From Ascidiella aspersa (Eukaryota), in contig OZ004611.1 of NCBI GenBank assembly GCA_963924565.1, positions 27,218,001 through 27,282,000 of the forward strand: a stretch of DNA of 64,000 nucleotides. The letters run 5' to 3'. Shown here one piece after another: positions 52,601-64,000 of this stretch. The position numbers and the translations under genes are program-made. Within the stretch, counting starts at the first letter, position 1; every line of letters starts with the position of its first letter. The notes beneath the pieces are model-generated. The model saw nothing but the letters and a program-made list of their open reading frames with translations. It ran no database searches and was not told where the DNA came from.

Positions 52601-55600
52601 CTTTGCCCAAAAACACTGTTCAAAGAAGCGAGATCAAGGCGATCCGTTTACGGAAAACATTGCACAGCTTTGTGACCGCTCGTTTTCCTCGACCTCCGTC
52701 CACTTGTAGTAAATAGTTCCCACACCGAAGGCAGTCAAGTCCACAGTCGCAAGCCAAAGCCAGCCTGTATGTGGGCAGCTTAACCTGTCAGGGGCTGCCA
52801 AGTCTATTTCAAAGCAGGTGCAGCCGTATGCGGGTGGCCGCGCGTATCCTGTAACCCCGCCGCTTGTTTATACTCGCAACGTTGCAGGGTACGTCGCCCC
52901 CTCCAGACCCTGATCAGTCATCCATCAATATCGGCCAATTTACGTGGCCAGTTCAAGAACGGCCAGGTTTCGTTTTTGAAAACTTGACTCTGATTTTTCA
53001 CAACGACACAACAGGGTATTGGTTAAACAAACTCAGGCGTAATTCAAGCATTTGTGTAAATACGCATATTATAATGGATCTATAGTTGCAATTTGCGTAC
53101 AAAAACACTTATGACTGGCCAAGTTAGGGGCGCTTTAGCCAAAGGCCCTGCTTCACCTGATTTTGAATTAAGCCACTGTCATTCCTCCGTTGTTCTGTAC
53201 CCGCTCAACTCCCATGACATGTATTTTAGCAAATATGTTTTTGTTAAATGCACTGATATAAATAACCGTTCAGCTAAATATTTGCTGCTAAGTTTGAACA
53301 AGGCCTGTAAGGAAATCCCCCCACCCCACCGACCCCTGCAATTCCTGACGACACCGTTTTACCCCAACCACTAATTCGTACCACGCCTTGACCAGTTTAA
53401 ATGGCCAATCGTTACACGTCTTAACATTAACATAGAACAGTTAAAAATGCCACCAGAAGCATTAAAAGCATTCTGATAAAAGAGCGCCTTCAAAGCGGCC
53501 AGGAAAACCGGCCTAGTAAGTAGCATAAGAGCCCAATGCCGCCGCAATCTTTGCCGTCGATCACCGACGTGGCTGTTTTGCCGCCGCGTCTAATTAAACC
53601 ACGTATAATGAAGTGGAGGCCCTTGACCAAGCATTGACCTCTGTATTGCATTGCGTTATTTGACGCCATACTAGAATTTTGCGCAAGGCCGTGCTTTCCA
53701 ATTCGCCTTTTAAGACCCGGGCACGCAAAACCATTAAGTTTTTGGCTGCCGAGATTTTTTTGTTTGCTTACATCGGTGTCGGTTTACTTGTGATTGCGCG
53801 ATTGAGTCGTGAGGCTCGCTTTTAAAACTTTATTAAAAGCTCTTTGCACTTGACTGGCGTTAAATGGAAATCTGTAAACAAAACTCATTTCTTTGCAACG
53901 TAGTAAAGTTTGCAGCCGTGCAATCAAATGTGCATTTCCACTCGTTGATTTCGAAAGCTATAGTTGTTTAAGACGATATAGGAAACAAAACACTTAATTG
54001 GATGAGATAAAAGGTACAGTTTAGATTTTTATATCCCAACTATATATATTTTTTTTTTATCCCAACCATATTTTTTTAATTGTGTTAATGAATCATGGAT
54101 TGTGAATGATAATCTAATATAGGAAACCAATTCTACTAATAGAAAATAAAAAATACTATCCAAGTTTAGCTTTTTTGGCCGGACTATCGTTACAAGTGAA
54201 TTGTAAAAAAATCTAAAAATAAAGGTTTACAAAAGACACTTAGTTTCCGAAATTGTGCGTGTTCTTTAACGGTTTGTGGCCAACGACGCAAGCGAAAAAA
54301 TCGTCCGCACCTGTTCAACATTTTGTGTGGAAATAATGAACACACGCCGTCTTTGATGCGTCCATCCATCACATAAAACGCTCTTTTCGGCGCACTCAAA
54401 AGCACCACAGGGGCCGTCTGTTCGCCCGCCAGTCTTCCTGGGCAGGTTTATCTATACCTAGGGCAAAAACTACGCCCTAACCCCTCGCAGAACAGACCCC
54501 CATCGAGGGATTTAAATTGACAAGATGCGATTTAGCATCGATCGGCCTTTATCGATTAGATGTCAGATTACTTGCAGCCGGCGCGAGTTAATTAAGGCGA
54601 ATTCTCTCGGAATTATGCCACTTAAGTCGGCTCGATCCATCTGCGATAGAATCTCCCCCTCCCCTTGTGAGCTTCATCCAGTTTCTTTCTATAGTCGAGG
54701 CGACTTCTTTTAGGCCTTTTTTGCAAAATCACGCGCTGGCAAACCGGTCGATATCACGCGTTTTGTCGGATAAACGGATCACGCGTTACCTCGGACGAGA
54801 ATTTCCACGCATTTTTAACCGTTTTTTATGCGTCTTCTAATCGGATTTGCAGCTGAAAAACGTAGTACAAGGTATACGACTGCGTGGTTCGGGCATTTTT
54901 TGGTATAAATTAAATACCAGCACCAACGGTGTTTTAGTAGTAGAGTTAGCTCCACCAGGCAACATATCAATAAATATAAATCGCTCTTCTGGTGTAAAAA
55001 AGGCCAATCCAACTCAAATATTTTGATAGAACAGTAATTCCTATTATAAATATTAGCCAATACCATAAAATATCCTGATTAAGCTTGAACACACAACAAA
55101 ATATTAAGCTTGAACACACAAACAACTGTTATTCCCCTTAGCCTATTTTATTATTCAAGTTTTGAAGCGCTTTGGTTCATACAGCTCAAAATCGATTTTA
55201 AATTTATCAAAAAAAAAATCCCAATGAAACGCGCCGTAGGTTTGCAACCTTCTTTGCATGGCAGAGTGCAGTCTCGCGCTAATGGGACAGCCAGAGTGTG
55301 TTTAAGGTCGTTTGCCCAACACAATTACCTCAGCGCAGAGCCAGGATAAAAAATGCTCGCGCTTTATTACAACGCGTGAGGTAAACAAAATTACCATATG
55401 GGACGGCGGGCCCTATAGTACAGTATATAAGAGAAATCAATAAGCGCATATTGCCAATAGGGCGCATGCTTGAGAATCGTTCGCGTACCTATACCCTGTG
55501 TGTTCCAACGCTATCGATCGCACTTGGCACCTTTGTGATGCCTTTCCTGCCAGCATATGGCACTTTAACGAGCAGCTATTGCTACTCAGTCTCCTTGTAT

Positions 55601-56927
55601 TGCTTTTATATCGATCGGGGTTGGCGAGGTGCTCTCTCTCCATCTCTCAACCTTATTGCTTCTCGGATCGCGGGATTAAGTGTTTGGCTTCGCCTATTCC
55701 CAAACGGCGCAGGCGTGATTACGTAATGTGCGTTTTTTGTAGTGTTATTGCTTGGTTGGGAGGTTTAGGGGTGCGCTTCGTTTGCCGGTCTGATGAGCGC
55801 TGGTATGTTCTGCGCCTGTTTTTCGAATCATTGGAGAGCCGGTATTTCGAAATTCGTCAATACACACGCATTTATGACAAAGCATGAATATATGTTTTTC
55901 GTTAGCTGTACGATTTTAAAAAAACCTGTAGAACTTGAGAAACAACACGGAATAAGTGCAATTAACACACGGCCAGATGAAATTGCTTGTTCCTGTTTAA
56001 TGTAGCAATTCGATGTGTAATTATTTTTTTTACGCCTGATTGAATAAAATATTTTAAGCACAAGTTTGGAAATCCATTTTCGAAGTAACCATCTTGTTTT
56101 TGCTGGGATTAACCTTTCTATAAATGTATGGATTTCGGCGAGTTTTGTTGATTTAGCGTTGCATATCTTTATGATAAGATCACGATAAAACGTTCCCACA
56201 TCTGTTTCCTCTGCAATGTTCGCGAGCTCTATATAATGGCACTGCTGATACGTAGTGTTTTGCTGAATTGTTGTCTTTGCTAATAAATTTAGGCTTGTTA
56301 ATATTAACATGGCAGCGCTTGCATATCAAGAACTGTAACACATAAGCTATGCAACTGTTACACAATTTTTGTCAGCTAGACAAAATTGGTGATTTTTAAC
56401 TCCTAGCCATTTCCACTGTTAATCACCATTTTGCTCTTTATGGCCACCACCGTTATTCTGGACGTGGTCGTTAATATGCTACTTTAAAAGATTACATTCA
56501 AACTGTAAAAAAATCAGTTAGATTTTAAACTATGGTTAAATTTTTGTGGTATCGGATCGGCACCGGTGCACCCTTTATATCGGACGGGTACCGATACTTC
56601 ATTGGTATCAGCTCCTATATCCTATAGTATTGGCATTCCCCATTGATAACCCCAAGTTCTGTGCTATGCTGTCTTCTCAGTCAAAATTTAAAATCAGACA
56701 TATTTATCGGGAATTTTACTTAAAATTAGTTAGGATTCCCACGTGAAAACCAGGTATCAAGAATATTACTTCGTCCTTTTCCAGGTCCCACACCGCCCCT
56801 TCTTCTACGGCAGCGAGTACCACGGTTTGATCGCACGTGAGGACGGCGAACAGTTCTGCTGCGAAGAAGGGAACTTTCTAATCAGGGGCTCACAGACTGA
56901 AAGGGGCAGATTCACCCTCGTGTTGCG
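31583..56927 (+). CDS. CHN: Chimaerin (SH2-C1-RacGAP, alpha2/beta2 type), 5' partial; gene continues beyond the window
   Basis: Exons 31583-31622, 32088-32143 and 56785-56927 splice in phase to MKSQDSYPTWKGYLFRLQEEAPKPRPVYCQQEVPHRPFFYGSEYHGLIAREDGEQFCCEEGNFLIRGSQTERGRFTLVLR. This matches the chimaerin N-terminus (WKSYLYQLQQEAP..R...C..EVENRPKYYGREFHG.ISRE...EGSYLIRESQ...GTYTLALR), including the chimaerin-type E in place of the usual SH2 Trp. Confidence 0.92.
32088..32143 (+). CDS. CHN: Chimaerin coding exon 2 (LFRLQEEAPKPRPVYCQQE)
   Basis: ttttcag| acceptor, GAG|gtatgc donor, 56 nt, phase 1 to 0. Homologous to LYQLQQEAPHPRRITCTCE. Confidence 0.9.
33668..33947. mobile_element. Degenerate hAT MITE
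   Basis: CAGTGGTTATCAAC...GTTAACTACTG ends with repeated GGACCCC/GAACCCC subterminal motifs. No clear TSD. Confidence 0.65.
56785..56927 (+). CDS. CHN: Chimaerin coding exon 3, N-terminal half of the SH2 domain
   Basis: ccttttccag| acceptor, CG|gtgagt donor. Contains EYHGLIAR and GNFLIRGS SH2 motifs. Confidence 0.92.
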
Positions 56928-59900
56928 GTGAGTCGATGCACGGGTTTGTCGGGGTCTTCGTGATTCACCTGTTTTTTAGGGGCGGTTTGTTTTGGGTTGT
57001 AAATTCCTAAGACGTCGACAAACCTTTGTCTTACCGGCTCGGTATTTTTCTGGGTCGCTAACGGAGCCTGAGAAACTATTGTTAAAAAAAAAAAAAAAAA
57101 TCACAAATGACGAGTCAGTCAATCACTCACAAAAGCGTAATACTATAAGCTTCAGCTAGCACAACGCGAAAAGTCTATTGAATGTTTCTACAGAAAATGC
57201 GTTCTTTTTAAACGTTGTTTATATCCTACTAGGTAAAAATTTTACATTTTGCTGTCATTGATACGTTTATTCGTAATAATATCTCCTAATCAGCAGTTAG
57301 ACACATGTACGTTTACCAAAAAACGCCGTGATATTGAGTTTTGAAATCAATGTTCTATAAAAATCATAGAACTTTATCTCATGGCTTTCACAAAATTCGT
57401 GGAAGAATAGCCCGTATACCCAGTCTTTGCTAAACACGCAGCCAAGCTAGAACGCAGTGGGTTCAAAAGGAGGCCTAATTCGAGAAATAATCGTTAGCAT
57501 ATTTGCTTTTCCAATCACAACAAAAGCCACTATATAGTTCAAGGCTATCGCAGTTCCCCGAAAATCGCGGGTTATCCGTACAACCCCACCGAGTGTGTGT
57601 ACAGCTGTAGACGACGAACGGTAGTGGCTTTAAGGCTTCAAGTCCCTGTTTCGGTGCTCAGTAAACCCACACCGAATGGTGATTTGTTAGCGGCGCAAAC
57701 AACCAGCAACAAATACTCTTCGCTCACTTGTAAAATTATGTCGAGTTTGAGATCGTTGGAAAGGTGCGATTAATGACCTTTTCGAAAATTAAAGTTTCCT
57801 TCGGGCAATACAGTAATATCGGTTCGTTTTGCTCGAATGTTGCTTAAAAAGATGCGATATTGTCGATAATGAGTTATCATAAGTATTTTCGTTACGTTTG
57901 ATTAACGTTCACCCGACCATATTTGTCTTTTTCACTACACATTTAATGTTATAACACATCTTTTATTACTTAAATGTGTTTATTTGACATCCAAATACAC
58001 ATACCAGTCTCAGTACGGTTGTCAAATTCGTTTTTGTAAAAATACCACAGAAACATGTTTGTGTTGCCGTTGAAAAAGTAGGATAGTTTAGCTGACGTTT
58101 TTTAGTCCAAGCCATACAGTAGTTGTGGTGGACTATCGGTTTCATGCTCTTTGAATTGCTTCGTCACTAGGCTGCCAAAATCCGGAACTTGCTTCACCCT
58201 GGCGTGAAGTCTTACTGCATTACGCCATGCACCGCAAATAGATCCCCTGTTTGCTGCTAGTTCTCTTGTAGTAGAGCGACTTCGCAAAGGATCGTGGTAA
58301 CCCGACCCCACCCACGGGAAAAGGAAGTCGATTTTCCCGCCGACGTTTAACCCCGTTCTTTGGGGTCGCTTCACCGTTTTTTGCGGGTGAATCACGGCTA
58401 ATGCACGTCCCTTCCGCCCCATTGTTCCCACGCTGTAAATGAACGTGGACAAATAGGGTCGTGATGATGAATGTACAACTCTGTACTGTTTTCACCTGGA
58501 TTAGTGACTATGTTTGTCACCGGGTTTACACGCTTTGCTTGGTCGAATAAATGTCATGTGTGTGAAATGATTGGCATTTTCTCACCGTTACGTGCTTACT
58601 TGGGTTTTTTAGAAAAATAACACCCAGCACAAGCGGAAGCTGGGCTAAAATTTTATTGTTCCTAAACATACATAAATCATTTATATATTTGGTCTAATAA
58701 GGCGTCATAAGCTATTTTAAAACAGACCCCTTTATAATTTTATTACTTTAAACTATAAACCATTATATTAAGCGTTGGAATATAACACAAATTTTGCACA
58801 TTGTTTTTAAGAAACCAGTGATTCGATTTTTTTTCAAAACCAGGCGTTTTGAGTCGAATAAATCTAAAAAAATTGTTTTGAAAGCTGACGTTTTATTTTC
58901 ACCCGACGCCTTCGCGTGGCCAAACATCAAAGGGTAAACAACACAATCCATCTCGGCATTTTTCGCGTTCCACGGCGCCCGAAAAAAACAACCGACCGAG
59001 TTCAAGTCCCAATGGGCGCCCGAGCAGAAACCCTCAAAGGTTTCAGGACTCCGGGAAAAAACGTGAGCTGTAAGCTCAATTCGCATTCCCGCTTCTTGCG
59101 CCACAAGTAACTCACAGTCGGACAACTCGAGAGAGATGCTCTTAGGCCTTTTGCTGAGATTCGATCCTATCTCGTTACAGCTTCGAGTATGGCGCACTTG
59201 AAAAGCTACGCAAAGGGTTATATTGGTGGTTCGTCTATTTTTAAAAGTTAATCAAATGCCTGCGTATACCCTGAAACTGAAAATTGTTTCTTTATGTGAT
59301 CCATTTTGCCACAATGCCAGAAAGTCGCCAGTATTCTTGTTTAGGGTATTATTGTTATTTCAACTGTTAAAAAAACGTTTTATGTGAAATTGAACTGGAA
59401 TCGTCTCACAAAATGCACGTATTCAGTTCCGCTAAGGACTGATTTGGTGGCACTGGTATTCCCATCGAAAATTTTTCAAAAATTTTTTGGAATTTTTTAT
59501 TGTTGAAACTGAGAATGCCACTAAAAATACGTGTACCCATTAGGTTATTTTCCTAAACGAAAAAGCGGGTGTTAATTTCTGTTCCCTTTTCGTACGCCGA
59601 GTTTTATACTTGTATGCCTTCGTCGTAGTTTTAATAGGGGCATTCCAAACCTGTCGTAAAACTCTCCGGCGTGTATTTGACAATTTATTGCGACATTAAA
59701 AACGCAGTAGCACAGGGTTGCCAACTTGCCACAAAGTCTGTAAGTCGTTAAAAGTTTTGAATGTCTTTGAATCGATTTGTGTATCAAATAGTCTATAAAA
59801 ACCCATGTTAACGGGTTTCATAGGCTTTTATGCTCACCAGGTTAAACACTTGCCAACTTCTTGGCATTTGCCCTTTTCACTGTTCGGTTTGAATGTATCG

Positions 59901-62900
59901 GTAAACTTTCGGCGTTCGTCACATTGAAATCCATTGAAACCCGATTCACTGCGCAAAACCCTCGTGTTGGAATCCTTTTCGCTTCTTGCCTGGACTTGCC
60001 GTCATTTGAATTTAACCGAGGAATGTCGAGGGCGCTTTTTTGCTACTACAAAATATTAGGCGCTAAACCGGGATTTCGTCCAGTTTCAAACCAGGAAAAA
60101 CGCTACCGTAAACTAGTTTTCGTTAGCTCCATTAAACGTTTGAAAACAAAATTTATAGTAAAATTTATAGTAACAAATGACGTTTTAGTAACAAGTAGAA
60201 ATTTAGCAAAGTAAATTTCCTCTAGGATTTTACAATTGTGCAAGTTAATGGTTATAGCTGAACCAAATTACGTTTGTGTTGCTAGAAAACGTTTAACTCC
60301 TTTCTGCTTTAAAGTAGGCCCTTGTACAGTAGCGCCGGAAGGAGGTGGGCATCAATATAAAACGATTTCATCGCCATATCACTACCGTAATCTAATACGC
60401 CACTTAAAATAAGGCACGCTGGCCCGTTTGAAAACAAGTCGCAAGCGGCGTGTGAGGAATGTAACAACAATTTGACGATTTTCGTCAACTGACGCTATTG
60501 TGGACCCATATAGAATATACCAGATGTTTTCGTTTCGATTCGGCACAGCTGGCATAGGCGAGCAATTCCTTGAATTCCTTCTTACCGAGCCTTATTAACT
60601 TGCTCGCGAAACTGCGCGCCTTGTATCGTTTTTGGTTTAGCTGTTGCGAGCGAACCGTAAAATGTCGCAACTCCTTAGCCGGGCAGACTTTACGATTGAC
60701 CCCCGATGCCTGGCACATTTGCGTGCCGAAATCTGATCGAATTTTGCTCCCTTCCGCCCACTTCAACACTTAAGAGTGGCAGATGCGCCGCCCATGGAGG
60801 CTGGTCTTATGCGACCGGCTGTTACCCGCCAAGCCGCTACTCTCGGTTGCGATGTTGAAAGCATTTTTACCTAAAATTAAGTTTAAAATTAAGTTTACTT
60901 CGACGCTCGATTAATAACCTTCGGTTTATGGGATTCTTTGCATGCTTACAAAAACGTCAATAGTACTTGGTTTACATTAGATTCATTGAATTTTGCCGTT
61001 TTTTCCTGCCTCCTGTGTTTGCGGTTTGGCTGTCAGGGGAGGTGTATTTTTTTGATGTATATTACTGATTTCGGTTTTATGCTGGCCTAGCATTCCCACA
61101 TTTTCCTTATAGTGAATTTTGTAGTCCAAATTGCGCGTCTTACACATTTTTTTTATCTTCGATACATTTTTTCCGATTTAGTTGTACAAATATTAAGTAT
61201 CTTCTGTAACTATTTGTAGTAAATCTTAAACTATAACCTGATCTATTTTTGTCGATGAGTTGGATTGGGACAATTTACCTATACACCCTAATTTCAAAAC
61301 CCCTTTTCTCTACCTTATTTTAAGGGCATTTAAAGATTATTAAGTAGATGTTTTGTCTCATCCAATGTAAAACACAGTGATATTTATTATTTGCCAACTC
61401 CCCATTTTGTATTGTGGCCACTGTAAAAAAGTCCCATTACTCGGCCCAAAATATCTGACCAACAGATTTCCGTCAACGCTGGCGAACGCACTCAGCTTTT
61501 GTCGGTCCACTAAACTTCGTCTTTTATTTCGACCGGGGCTTAACGTCCAACCTTAAAGGCAATTTGCCGCCCGTTCGCCACTTGTCGCACCTTTATTGCC
61601 ACCCTCTGCTGTTGATACTGACAATGACAAGCCGGTGTTTTAATGGGCGAGGTGGTGTTTTCTTTAGGTCGGTCCACAATTACAGCTATTGCTTTACTGG
61701 TTATGCGTCCGCTGTTTTAGAAGGGGATTTTTTGCTTTTTAGACAAGTGGTTGTTTTGGTATTACTCGGTATTGCTGAGAATATAAGCTTCCGTCTTACA
61801 GCCTGGCAAAACTTGCATCGAGCCTTAATGCTTTATTTGTAAATATAAAAAAGTTTTATTAATATGGTAACTGAAACTAGTTTTGTGTTATTTACTTCAC
61901 GGGGCAATTTAAACTGCAAAACATTATCCGTTATATATTCTTGATTTATAGCCTTATTTGTCTAATTTAAAAGTTTAAATCGGGTAATACTGGGAAAAAC
62001 AATTGTATTTTTATATTCAAACTTGATTTAGTCCTTGAATTTTGTACACTTATTAATGGTCTAAGATTTTAAGTTATAAACTGACAACTCGATACAGTTC
62101 TATTTGTATATCGGAATAAGTCTTATTAGACGAATTACGATTGTTAACCGTGGTAACTTTAACTGTCGATCAAAATTTGAAGTTGACACAGCGCCTTACT
62201 CGACGAATTACGACTTGCGCTTCGAGTTTTCCAAAATATTGGCAAAATTCACCCATCAATTATAATGTAACGTGTCACAGCGATTGGGTCCCACGCTAAA
62301 TGTAGATTTACGGTTTCAAGGGATTTGCAAAGCTCACACTTAGCTCAGGGCGGCTCGTTTTAGGCGCGAATTCCAAAATCTTTCTCTCTTTTACGTGAGA
62401 ATCCCAAGGGCGGCTCTTCGAATAACGCCTAAGCGGTTTACGGTCGCATTCCCAGAATAGTTCCCGCGTAGGCCCTTAAAGGTCGGTTTTGAGTGACTCG
62501 TCTGGGAATTTCTCACCAGCATTCAGTAGTCTTCAAGGTCTGGTGCGCCCGTTCCTCAATTGTGATGAGGTTTCCAGTCGCTAATATCTCCTACAGACTT
62601 GACTGGTTCACTTAGCCAATTAGTTAGTGTCAAGGCCTACTTGTGTGGTCAAAGTGTTTTTGTCTGAATTATTTTTTTAATTTTGTTATTTTTTCTCAGT
62701 CAATTTTATATGCAATGTCTTTAACAAGAAAAAACAGAGTTGCATCATTAAATTTTTTCGGTTTATTTTCGTGTATTTTCCTGGGATTGTTGCCAAATTA
62801 GAAAAAAATTACGGAATTTACGTTTTTTAGGGGTTATCTGAAGCCTATTGACTTTGATCTAATTAAAAGCAATTATTGGTCGTGTTTGCGCGGCCACTGA

Positions 62901-64000
62901 AAAATTCGTATTGATTTTAAGTTTTATTTGCACTTTTACCTACAACCTAGTTTAACCACAGTCAGCGGCACATTTTTTCCCAAAAAATCGACAAGCTGCA
63001 TTTTAAACACCCGGTTTCGTGCCAAGACCAATATTGCGCATAAATAGTCTGCATTTTTGCGACCGCGTTGTCGCGAGAGACCCCACTCGTGTAATTTCCT
63101 TGTTTTTGTTCCGGTCAGCGACAAAGTGCACAGGCCTAATGCATTCCCGGTGTCCGCTCTCGGCCGAATGCTTAAAACGGGATTTTTCGCCGCAAAATGA
63201 AAGCGAATTTTTTCGAAATTGTTTTACGAGGTCCTGTGCTGTTGTTTTGACACACCCGCGTGATAATATTTGCCCTCGAATGATACGAAACGTGAGGGCA
63301 ATTTTTGGCGACAAATATCTTACGACCTGCCTTCAATTTTAGGCGTAACAGCAGCTTTTTTTTTTTTTTAAGGTTATATTTTTAATTTAAGAAAAATTTT
63401 AAACGTCAATTAAACAAAAATCATATTAGTTTGGCTTTTCCTCTCGACAAACAATTAAGGGGTCTTTTGTGGCACCTATAGTGTTTTGGAGTAAATTTGT
63501 TGTAAATAAAAACATGAAGTAAATTAAATCAATGTACAATTATTGCCCACTTATCTGCGTATTTTTTTAAAATAGTCAATAAATTGCCGTTGATTATTCA
63601 AAACCAAAATGTTGCAGACCCAAAAACCGTCCAAAATTAGCAACATATTTACAGCAATTTGGTAATGGCGTAAGAGCACCCAATTAGCGACCAGTCAAGC
63701 TTCCGTAAACTACTGATAAAAAATTCAAGTCCCCCACTTGGCACTGGCGAGCTTATAAACGGCGAATACCGCGCTTTCAAAGACAACGGGCAACCTTTTG
63801 AGTGCGGCACCGGTCGACGTTTTTATCCAGTTTCGTTGCTTCAGCCGGCTCAAGTACAAGTTTGTGCGTCGTTCAAACTCTCCCGCCAATTCCTGGAACG
63901 TCGAGTGAGCCCCTTAAGAGGCTGTTGTAACTTTAATGGTAACAGTTTCTTTATGGAAAAGGCTGCTTAGAACTCAAATTGAAATAAAAAGCAAAAATCA

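Noticed and set aside
57630-57660. TTCAAGTCCCTGTTTCGG resembling a tRNA-Lys T arm
   Set aside because: No A box, D arm or paired acceptor stem upstream.

Overview
This is AT-rich eukaryotic (animal) genomic DNA with spliceosomal introns. Intron sizes, base composition and abundant hAT MITEs suggest an invertebrate chordate such as an ascidian, but this is inference only. Most ORFs in the supplied track are spurious; the real genes appear only when GT-AG exons are chained in phase. Three protein-coding genes were reconstructed by hand. (1) The 3' part of an R3HDM1/R3HDM2/ARPP21 (encore) family gene, + strand, 13 exons, 375-10910. (2) A complete 15-exon type-I membrane protein of ~629 aa on the - strand (23872-16155), with signal peptide, two CUB-like domains, a divergent ZP-like module, a Cys-rich segment, an EGF-like domain and a TM helix. 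(3) The 5' part of an SH2-containing chimaerin (CHN1/CHN2-like), + strand, coding exons at 31583, 32088 and 56785, with a 24.6-kb intron. Introns carry several hAT MITEs (one with a perfect 8-bp TSD), a Tc1/mariner deletion derivative that retains a transposase motif, a decayed hammerhead-like motif and tandem repeats. The most unusual element is a ~750-nt structured cassette in an R3HDM intron: a long nested hairpin with pseudoknot potential, followed by a tRNA-Met-like cloverleaf with a non-decoding anticodon loop.
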